64,000 nucleotides of DNA from Podarcis cretensis (lineage: Eukaryota): NCBI GenBank assembly GCA_951804945.1, contig OX638159.1:39866001-39930000 (forward strand), in the 5' to 3' direction. The position numbers and the translations under genes were made by a program. Shown here piece by piece: positions 12,316 through 22,221 of the stretch. A model generated the notes under the pieces. That model saw nothing but the letters and a program-made list of their open reading frames with translations, did not search any database and was not told where the DNA came from. The stretch's first letter is position 1. Each line of letters opens with the position of its first letter.

Positions 12316-14044
12316 ACCATACAGTTTCAAAATTGTCTTGGATCTTTGTGTTCCTAAGCACTCTAAGATGCTTTGTTAGTTTATCTTAAGTTAACTTGCT
12401 GTTTTCCAATATTGTGTAATTGTATTTTTAGCTTATATTTATTTTAAATGATTCATGTTAACTGATTAAAAAAAATCTGTGGCCAAAATAAACATTCTTT
12501 TATCAAAAGGTGGAGTGCAAGTTTTCACACACTCTGAAATGAATATACAATAATTGGCATGGTTCCAGTTAGCTTAATCAAAATAAATCAACAAAAACAA
12601 AACCCACGATAAAGCTAACTGAATGGGCAAATAAATGCCCCAGCAGGCAAGCCCCATTGAAAGCAGTGAGGTCTGTGCAAGAGCACAGCAGCAGAACTTT
12701 TCACTGGATAGTGACCCTGATCAGTAGGCAAGCAAGAGGAAGAACACCTGTTCTGTATGCTGCTTGTTTAGTGCAGCAGCCTTTCCCAGGCTGGTGCCCG
12801 CCAGATGTTTGGGACTGCACTTCCCATCATCCTGGGAGTTTTGTATAGTCACTATACAAAAACACATCAGTCACTAGACAGATGTCTTTGGTTCACAGCT
12901 TGCAGTTTCCCATTGGGTGGGGAGGATGTTCTAGAAGAAAAAAAGCAGTGCTTTAATTCCAATATGCCCAAGCCAGTCAACGAAGTTAGGAGCAAGAGAC
13001 TGCAAAAGCATTGCAAAGACAACTTCCTTGAAGAGTAAAACTTGAAAGTTTGTTCCAGTTTAATTAACTGTGAAGGCTGAGCCATACAGTTCAGAGGTAC
13101 AGCTAATGTAATTACTTCCTTTATCTTTCCTTTTTCCCTGGGGGAGGGGGGGAATGGATTTAAGAGGGAGAAAGTCAAATTGAAGGGGATTAAGATATAA
13201 TCTTGACTTTTAAGAACAACAAAAACCCAAGACACCCAGTCATACCTGTAGTATAATAGAAATGCAGGGTGGTTTTAAAAAAAGTTTTAAAAGGCAATTA
13301 GTTATATAGACTTGGATCCTGGGAAGTACTATTGGAGTTGACTTACCCACCTTCTCCTTTCCCTGAGAGCCTCTGAAAAACCCTCAGGGGACCCTCCTGA
13401 ATGGGGGCAGACTGTGACATTGGGGCGCTGAGATGGATACCTGTGCCCACATCATTTAGGAGAGTCTCCTAACCATTTGGAGCAGCTTTTCCTGTAGGGG
13501 GTGGGAGAAAATCACCTTTTGGCGAACCCTCTCCCACAGATGCTTCTCAGAATTCAAACAATTCTATTCAGGTACTTTCACAGATTCCTTATATTCAGAC
13601 ATAGATACCATGAATCTATGCCAGGTTCTCCTGAATACAGTATAGAAATTACCCTTCCAATAAGTGAAAATATACAAAATTATTCTACAAGCTTTTTTAT
13701 CTGTTGTTCAAGCAGCAGTTGTTTCCATTTTGGGCTGTGTGCTGCCCATGAAGATCTTGGTTCCGATAAATGTGATGTTTACTAGACTTCTTTATAGACC
13801 AGCACGGTCAATTTATGAACTCCTTCCTTTCCTTCAGTGCACATGACCTTTGTTTAGGGAGATATGGGACAGGTTTTAGTAAAGGCTGGTCGATGTCAAC
13901 TAGGGCTGTCCATGTTTTTTATAAGTGGACCTGCTGCTGAAATGATAGAAAGGCATTTCTTCTTTTCCTTCTTCGATTCATTGCAAGATGTGAAGTTGTC
14001 TGCAGTAGTTACAAGTCCTGGTATGACAGTTGACAAAGCAGTAT

Positions 14045-14610
14045 GTCTCGCAAAGGACCCTAAGATCCATGAATAATAGCTTAAAGATCCCAGGCCCTAA
14101 GGAAACCAGACTATCCTCCACCAGGGCCAGAGCTTTTTCAGTGATGGCTCCAACCTGGTGGAATGCTCTGTCCCATGAGACTAGGGCCCTGCAGGACTTG
14201 ATCTCCTTCCCCAGGGCCTGTAAGACAGAGCTATTCCGCTTGGCTTCAATTTGAATTAGCCTGATCCTTTATTCCCTTTTCCCTTTCCTCTTCTATGAAG
14301 GAACCCTTTCTGGGACCCCGGATTTACATTCTTCTCTGGTCTCCTTGCTGGCCCTAGTAGGACCAACTTGGCCAGTTAGCCCTGGTGATCATTTGATGTC
14401 TACTGACTGCCCCCCCCCCAAAAAAAAATGACCCCTGAATTTTTGAATTTTATTGATATTGATACTGCATTTTATGTTGTATTTTATGCTGTTTTTAAGC
14501 CACATTTTAACAAATGTTTTATATTTGCTGTTAGCCGCCCTGAGCCCGGTTTTTAAACTGGGAAGGTCAGAGTATAAATAAAATGTTATCATCATCATCA
14601 TCATCATCTT
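14045..14610 (+). mobile_element. L2 LINE 3' fragment with 3' UTR and (ATC)n tail
   Basis: RTLRS..LKIPGPKETRLSSTRARAFSVMAPTWWNALS...ACKTELFR, then gccgccctgagcccgg...ataaataaaa. Confidence 0.85.
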
Positions 14611-15040
14611 ATGAGGTTTTTGGCCCAGTGGAGCCATTAAAAGCTTCCAACAGTCTTAGCTTAAACCCACACACTTTTAGGAGGGGGGGAGGCAACTGTT
14701 TCCCTGGTAAAATAGGAGCCAAGTGCTAGGGGTTGAGGTCCCTTTGGCCCCCTCAATGAAGTATTTGAGGGGGTCAAGCCCTCCCAAAGTCGATGGGCAT
14801 TGCCATTCAAATGGTGCGTGTGCTGCATCTTGTGAGCAATGACCCCCATATTTTATCAAGTCAGCATACCTGCCTGGTAGTAAGTAGAATGCAACTGCCC
14901 TGCATACGTACCTGGAATACCTGGAATACCTGCAAGACCCCACCCTATTCCTGTATTTTATTTCATTTTAAAAAACCTGTTTATTATAGTGAATTTTATA
15001 TTTGCTGGTGAATGACAATGTAATGATGATGACAGTGTCA

Positions 15041-15235
15041 GGGAAGGGCTGTAACTTGGTGGTTGCACATCTGCTTTGGTGCAGAAGCTCCCAGTTTCAA
15101 TCCCTGATGCCTCTGGGTAGGGCTGGGAAAAACCCCTCTCTGAAACCCTGGAGAGACGCATCCAGTTAGTGCAGACAGGCAGTATTGACCTAGATGGACC
15201 AATAATCTTGATGGTGTATAGTAGCATCCTATGTC
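15041..15235 (+). mobile_element. tRNA-derived SINE
   Basis: gggctgtaacttggtggtt...cccagtttcaatccc head, ccctggagag...ctagatggacca body and cctatg tail. Family copies at 29230, 45460, 58697, 59495 and 63240. Confidence 0.75.
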
Positions 15236-16479
15236 ATCGGTCTGCCACACCATTCACTGTTACTTGTAAGAAATTGTTTCTGGCCATAGCTCATAAATAC
15301 AGCAATGGATATTGAGGTCTTCAGGATAATTGGTGAAATTTTATTTTCTATCTACAAGGAGGAAAGTACACAAGAAGGGTGCCTGTGGAGGGCAAGTTGG
15401 TTTTTTAACTGTTAGTTCTAAACACTAAATTAGAACATTAGTTTTAACTAATTGCGAAATAATAATAATTGAAAAATGCATCTTCTGTTAACTCCTTTGT
15501 TCCCCCACACATGAAATGGGGACAGTGACAACCTCTTACAAGGACTCTCTTCACACCTCCATTTCTCTTTCTTGTTATCTTAGAGAGATTACATAGCACA
15601 TTTAAACAATATTCGGCACTAAACTGAACCACACCACTTGGAACCCTATTAACATGATGAGACAGTTTTATGTACATCACACGTCAGACCCTATCAAGAA
15701 ACGTAGTTATCGTGGCTTGATAAAAGATACTATACCTTGTTGAACTCATTCTAAAAACAACACCAGTGAAGTTGCACTTCAGCTTTTAAAATGACCTTGG
15801 TTGATGCATCTTAAAAAAGACCTTTGGACTTCATGCATGTGTGATTTGTGTTGGGCCCAACCCACCAAATTGCTTTCCTGTAAAAGCCCCATTAAAAATG
15901 AAGAGGGGAAAGAAAGTGCAAGGGCTCTTGTAACATACTTGTTATGGTCGTGTTGCACATCACTGTATATCCACTGTGTGCTTACTGGAGTATTATGCAT
16001 AGAAATATTTTGCTTAGTGCAAGGTACTGTTGGTTTCTAGGCATGTAAACATATCTGAAACGGGAGTAGGGGGCAATGCCTGATGATGTTGGGAACGTTT
16101 ATCCCTGGGCAGGAGAAAGTGATAATATCCCTCTGTGCTGTTTGAAGGAGAGGGCCTTGTGGGGTGGCTCTCTGCTAGATGAATGGTTAATGCTGGCTGA
16201 GTGATGGGAGTTGTAGATCAAAACATCTGCAGGGCAGCAGGTTGGTTAAAGGTTTGCCAAGTACAGTCCTGCCAGAACTGACAAATTATTTCAGAAGAAC
16301 ATTCAGGCAAACGTATAGGGCACTCTTGTCAGTGTGATTAAGAACACAGGATGGCTGACCTGAAAAGTGTTGAAGAACAAACATAAATCAAGATTGTAAC
16401 AAGCATTCTTGAAAGCAGAATGTGGAAAACTAATGGTAAAACAACACAAACAAAAACTTTTGAGAAAAAATTGATCATA

Positions 16480-16960
16480 TTATTATGAGCTTGGCTATGA
16501 TGAGAAAAACTAGGATAAAGAGGGGAGACAAAACATTCTGCAAGAAGGAGGAAAATGAATTTGGCCACATATTCCACAATGGACTATGTGCACAAATCTG
16601 AAAGGAAGGTTTTATAATTTAATATTTTGCTGTTATTTAACACCTGCATCCATTTGTTACATATTGTGGTGCAGCTAATATATGTTCGGAAATGTGGAAC
16701 ATGGAATGCTTCATAATTTTTTGTCCTGCTCCAAAATAATGACATTTTGGTGGACTATAATAAATGAGATCAAACTTATAACATGGTATGGTTTTCTGAT
16801 AAGCTCATTAATTATACTATTTAGATATGTCAAGGATCTAGTTTTCCTAGTGGACATGAAATTGGTAACGGATTTGCTAACAACCAATGCTGCTAATTCT
16901 GTTATGTATTTTTTATGTGGTGAAAATATTTTTCTCAAAGATTTGAAGCATTATGAATAT
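16480..16960 (+). mobile_element. Highly decayed L1-type ORF2 C-terminal (cysteine-rich) fragment
   Basis: Frameshifted remnants YLTP...C.KC....HNFLSCSKIMTFWWTIINEIK resemble the L1 motif YLTP...CWRC...H..W.CP.I..FW..I. Confidence 0.5.
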
Positions 16961-17468
16961 TAAAAGTGTTTGATAAAATGTTGCCTTCTATTCCAAACAG
17001 GAATGCTTCCGTTCCGGGTTCCAGCCAGCCAATAGAAGCTCAAGTCAGTCAAGTCAGTAAGTCACTCCCTCTCTTTGTCTTTTACAACTGAGTCTCAACC
17101 ATCTGCAGCTGCAGAGCATGGCCAATTCTCATTGGGCCTTTTCTGGGGCTAAGGGTAGATTATGGTTTTCACATTTTTATTTAAATATTTGTTGTATTTA
17201 TTCAAACTTCAGAGTTTCCCTCAGCGTGCCATTGCCCCCTCCCCTTTCTCAGTGGCCCTGTTTTGGCTCTGATTCTGTTGGCACTCACCACCTGAGTTTG
17301 CTATTAGAGGGAGCGATAACAGCATTATCCCCATTTAGTACTGGCAAAACCTTTCGTTCCATATTCTGAAAAGATACTTTTCGGTATTCTAGAGAGATTG
17401 CAAATACAGAACCCTCTACTTTAAGAATGCAACTACATAAACAGAAACTGAGAATGGAAAAGGAATTA

Positions 17469-17474
17469 TTTATT
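17469..17474 (-). terminator. Probable CWC27 polyadenylation signal AATAAA (3' UTR about 17450-17681)
   Basis: TTTATT on the + strand about 210 nt past the stop codon, followed on the minus strand by a pyrimidine/GT-rich stretch. Confidence 0.7.
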
Positions 17475-17681
17475 CACAATAATTGCTTAGAATGATTTCA
17501 GGAAGCTTTTTTTTTATACATCAGAATTCACAAAACAAAGCAGATAGCACTGTTTCCAAATTAGACACCAGATTCCTTTTCACACCTTGTAAGTGATATA
17601 TTTTGGGACACCAGCTACTACAGAGCCAGAACATTTGTGCAGTCATTTTCCAAGCTGGCTCTGGAAAACTTTACATTCATT

Positions 17682-17844
17682 TCATCTCCTTGCCTTTTTC
17701 TCTCTCAGAATCTTTTTGCTTTCTTCCCTTCGTCTCTTATTAACTGGGTTCCGAGGATCATAAATTTCAAAAGTATCTTCATCTTGCACACTTGCATCTT
17801 TCACTTTTCTGGTTTTATCTTCAAAATGGAGCACGTGTGACATC
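17682..17844 (-). CDS. CWC27: CWC27 terminal coding exon
   Basis: ttttttcttaacag|GATGTCACAC... gives (W)MSHVLHFEDKTRKVKDASVQDEDTFEIYDPRNPVNKRRREESKKILREKKARR*, the characteristic CWC27 C-terminus (FEIYDPRNPVNKRRREESKK). TGA is at 17682-17684. Confidence 0.97.
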
Positions 17845-18973
17845 CTGTTAAGAAAAAAGATAAGCACTCATTTTGTTGGCCAGGCTAAACTTAAATGTTT
17901 TGTAACCTGCTTTTTGATGGAAAAATCTTATAATAAGAAGCAGTAAACAATTTGCACATTTATACCTTAGATATAATGAAACTGTTAATTTCCACATGTA
18001 AAAAGAGCACGATTTTACAAATAAGTGGGTTTGGGGGGAAAACATATTCCTAGCAATGAAAAAGATAATCGGCTAATGTTAATAAGCATTAGCAGAGATG
18101 TTGCCTTAGAGATAGTCAAATTATTTTTTTCGGGAAGTTTCCGTCAAAATAATAATGTTGCGTAGTTTACCATTTTATACTTATTATTTTGATACTTTCC
18201 CTGTTTTTTGCCCAATAAGCAGCCATAGTACAAAACAAAACCCATTTTTTTATTGTTGTATATTAACATAGTAGATGATAAAAGACATTCACATTGATTT
18301 GCAATGTGTCTACTTTAAGCATGACTAAGTCTGGATGCAGCCCAAACTACAAATTAATATATACACCATTTTTATTTTTTTAAAAAGAAAAGCAAAAATA
18401 TCAGGAATAGTGACATCCTTTTTATCAGCTTGGAATGTTTATCAACTTTCCTATTAATCACAGTTCCTAAGAATTATGTGTGCGGTATGGGTGGTGCAAT
18501 AAAAAGGATGAACTCTATAGGAGCCTTTTATAATCAGTCTGACTGCATCATAAGCCAAGATGCATTTCATTCTATGATTAAGCACAGACATTGTTTCTTC
18601 AGACAATTCTTTCTTTCTTGCATTATTTACCTGTCTTTACCAAGTTTGTATTAACTCCAGTTAGTCTCCATTATCATTGGAAATTTAATTATCAACATGG
18701 GTGGGAGTCTTAACTATCATGTTTGGCTCCAAATGGCAAGAAAGTCTGGAATGGCTCAACCTATCAACTCTGACCTTGTTAGTAGGTGAAACTCAGAGCA
18801 GAATGTTCCATTCTGTTACCCCACTGAAGAGGATACTCCTCCCCTTCCACTTTCTTGCTAATGACAGATCTAAGAATGGTAGGGTTCCCCTCACACCTAC
18901 TGAGAAATCAAGGATTTTCCCACATCACAACATGTTGAACTGTATGTAGCTTTACTTAATGCCTTAAGGAATA

Positions 18974-19691
18974 CCGTATTTTTCGCTCCATAGGACACAC
19001 TTTTTCCCTCTTAAAAACTAAGGGGGAAAGTCTGTGTGTCCTTTGGAGCGAATGCAGGGGGGAGGCAGGCAGGAAAAGCCCCCAAAAGCCACACACAAGC
19101 TTTGCGCAGCTCTTGCGGGCTTTTCCCCAGGAGGGAGAAGGGACCGGCACTTCCCGACCTGTTCTGGGGGCTGGGGTCGGGGGAAGCTCCGGGAGTGGAG
19201 GCAAGGCTGTGTGCAACTCCTGTGCTGCCACTCCTGGACCTGTTCTGGAGGCTGGGGAAGCTTGGGCTTCCCCTACCCCCAGCCCCGCAAGCTCCGGGAG
19301 CGGAGGCAAGGCTGCCTGAAACCCCCTGAGCGCAGCGGCACTTCGCGCTGCACTCTGGGGGTTTCAGGCAGCTATCCTCAAGCCTTGGGAGCGCAGCGGG
19401 ACTTCTCGCTGCGCTCGGAAGGCTTGCGGATAGCCACCTGAAGCCTGGAGAGTGAGAGAGGTTGGTGCACACCGATCCCTTTTGCTCTCCAGGCTTTGCT
19501 TTGCTGGAGAGGCGCTGCACAGTTTTCCCTCTCTGCGCAGCACCCCTTCAGCGAAGCGGGAGGAGAAATGGAAGGGGCTCCGTTTCTCCTGCCACTTTGC
19601 TGAAGGGGCGCTGAGCAGAGCGGGGGAGAATTTTTTCCCCCTGTTCTGCCCCTCCTATGGTCCAGTGCGTCCTATAGAGCGAAGAATACAG
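18974..19691. mobile_element. Tc2/pogo-group non-autonomous DNA transposon (family D), GC-rich
   Basis: TIR CCGTATTTTTCGCTCCATAGGACACAC / GTGCGTCCTATAGAGCGAAGAATACAG with TA on both sides, and internal direct and inverted repeats. Confidence 0.9.
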
Positions 19692-20197
19692 TAATACTTT
19701 TCACTGAAGATGTAAGCTTCATATGAAAAACTCACTTTATTTCTACCTTCTTTGAGAGTCACCGCCCCCCCCCCCCAGTTCCTTTTCAACAGCTGGGTTG
19801 GTAAATAAAAAAACAGTTTTGCTTAGCGCTTTAGTGTTCCCCCACTGTGCTTTTTGTTTGTTTGGAAGACTGTGGAAAAGCAGGGTACAAATGCTTGAAT
19901 TAAATAAAATTAAAATCCTGTGGATCCTTAGGACTAGAATTTTACAAGCAGACTGATGTCAACTAGACCAGCCTTTACCCCAAACTACAACTCCTTTCAC
20001 CCCAGTCAGTACATTAGCCCTTCCAGGGTTTGGACTCTTTTAGTGGACAAGAAGTTGAGTGACAGCAGACCAGGCTCTGGGGGGCTAATGGGAATCGTAG
20101 TCCAGAACACCTAACCTAGTGGGCACCAGCTTGAAGAAGGCTCTACTAGAATATGCTTTTGACTAAAAAATATGATGCCACAAAACAGATATAATTT

Positions 20198-20787
20198 GTG
20201 ATGCTGGACAGGTTTTCAGTATTGCAATGTATCGCTGGGCAAACATCATTGATCTGGCGATTAAATCATGATGTTCAAAACCCTGCTTCCTACCACAGCA
20301 CTGCAAGACGTTGGGGTGAAATCGCTGGGGCTTGCACACGAGTAGGAGAAGCATCAGGGCTGTTCAGCCAAAGGGGGTGCGTGAAGCCTCTTGCCCCCCA
20401 GCTGAGGGAGCGCTGATGCTTCTCTGGCTGATGCGAACCAGTGGCAGGTTGGAGGCTCCATAAATCTGCTTGGCTGAGGCAAGGGCAGCTGCGTGCTCCT
20501 CAGCCAAGCAGTTTAAAAAAGAGGAGGGAGGAACAAGCTGTATTGGTGCCTCACCAATGCAGCTTGTTTCTCCCTCTGTGCCAGTCTGAGGGCAGAATGG
20601 GATGGCGGCTTCACTCAGCGGTATATTGCCGGTAGAACTGCTGCCACGCCTGAATCCCTTGGCTACCAGAGCCCACTGCAGGGAGTCAAGCAGTGGCAGT
20701 TTCACCCGCAATATAGTGCCTAGCCGCCATCGCGGTCTGCCCCTCATACTGGTCCTGGGCGATGTATTGATACATTGCCCAGGCTTA
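20198..20787. mobile_element. Probable hAT-type non-autonomous DNA transposon with internal palindromes
   Basis: The right end gggcgatgtattgatacattgcccaggctta resembles CGATATATCGCCCAGGCCTA-type termini. The left end is degenerate. GC-rich with two hairpins. Confidence 0.45.
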
Positions 20788-20869
20788 TTGGATAGCACTA
20801 CTTTCTCCTGCATTCTTAACCAAGAATAATGAAACCATCAACTACAATAACAGGTGAAACATCCAAATA

Positions 20870-21987
20870 CCGTATTTTCCACTTGCTCCTTGGCTTCAGT
20901 GATAGCAACGCGAAGCCTCCGAAGCGAAGAGGGAGCGCTCCCTCCGCGCTCCGGAGGCTACACATTGCTTTCACTGAAGCCTGGAGAGTGAGAGGGGTCG
21001 GTGAGCACCTGAAGTGAAGGCACAAGACAGGAGTTGATCATCATGTGAGCTGCGCACAGGTGAGCTGAAGCGAGCTGCTGCCAGTCCTGTGAAGCCTCCT
21101 TTTATTGAGACAAATATGTCAAGCTAGGCAAATACATTTTGGGCTGTGACCTTTACACATCATGGGGTGGTACAAAGTTATTTTGGCACCTGTTTCCACC
21201 GCGTCATTTCCCCCTTGCACAGTGTATGACAAAAGAGACAAAAGGTCTCAGGGACAAAGGTTACAGACAGGACACCACCGACTACTGAGACCGCAAAAGG
21301 TTAGAGGGAATGAAGTTCCAACAGCTGTGGCTTGTCTGAGGGGGTGTACCCTGCACCCCAGGGTCACGCATGCAGGCAGACTGTGGCTGCCTGCTGGTGG
21401 GGAAGTGTCTCCCTCCGGACCCCACTCCCCACCCCACGATATTCCTACACGCATCGACCCCTCTCGCTCTCCAGGCTTCAGGGATAGCTGCCTGAAGCCT
21501 TTGGAGTGCAGCAGGAACTCGCGCTGCGCTCCGAAGGCTTCGGGTTCCTTTTGCTGAAGCTGGGAGAGCAAGACTCCCCTGGCTTCAGCCAAAGGAACCT
21601 GAAGCCTTTGGAGTGCAGCGTGAGGTCCCGCTGTGCTCCAAAGGCTTCAGCCACGTGCCTGCCTGGAAGCCGGAGGAGGAACAGAAGGGTCTCCTTCTGT
21701 TCCTTCTCCAGCTTGGCTTGAAGGGGCGTTGCACAGTTCTCCCTCTCTGCGCAGCGCCTCTCCTTCGCAGGAGAGGCGCTGCGCAGGGAGGGAGAACTGT
21801 GCAGCGCCCCTTCAGCGACGCGCGTGCCTTAATCGGGTGCAGCCTCTTCGGGCAGGGGGAGCCTTCATCCCGCTGCCCTGAAGAGGCTTGGCATGGATTT
21901 ATCCCAGAAGCATTCAAAATAATTTTTTTTCTTGTTTTCCTCCCCCCCCCCCCAAACTAGGTGCGTCCTATAGAGCGAAAAATACAG
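20870..21987. mobile_element. Second family D (Tc2-like) element, containing a solo LTR
   Basis: TA+CCGTATTTT ... GTGCGTCCTATAGAGCGAAAAATACAG+TA. It shares internal blocks (gatagctgcctgaagcc, gaaggggcgctg) with 18974-19691. Confidence 0.85.
21010..21449 (-). mobile_element. Solo LTR (440 bp)
   Basis: Minus strand TGTAGGAATATCG...CCTTCACTTCA. It interrupts the host motif ggtgcgcaccgacccc with an imperfect 6-bp TSD (agcacc / cgcatc). AATAAAA on the minus strand near 21100. Confidence 0.72.
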
Positions 21988-21994
21988 TACTCTA

Positions 21995-22221
21995 CAAGTG
22001 GTACCTCGGGTTAAGTACTTAATTCGTTCCGGAGGTCCGTTCTTAACCTGAAACTGTTCTTAACCTGAAGCACCACTTTAGCTAATGGGGCCTCCCGCTG
22101 CCGCCGCGCCACCAGAGCACAATTTCTGTTCTCATCCTGAAGCAAAGTTCTTAACCCGAGGTACTATTTCTGGGTTAGCGGAGTCTGTAACCTGAAGCGT
22201 ATGTAACCCAAGGTACCACTG
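21995..22221. mobile_element. Tigger-like MITE family B
   Basis: TA+CAAGTGGTACCTCGGG ... CCAAGGTACCACTG+TA. Confidence 0.9.

Noticed and set aside
1-17450. Possible 3' exons of the neighbouring gene (ADAMTS6 in mammals) on the + strand
   Set aside because: I saw no TSP1/PLAC-like cysteine pattern or convincing exon; the region appears intergenic.
17845-17867. N-terminal MLIFFLNR of ORF 17682..17867
   Set aside because: It is the intronic polypyrimidine tract and acceptor; the exon begins at 17844.
18956-21960. Many overlapping 60-170 aa ORFs and CpG-island-like composition
   Set aside because: They lie inside TIR/TA-bounded GC-rich non-autonomous transposons with palindromes, and show no transposase or known protein motifs.
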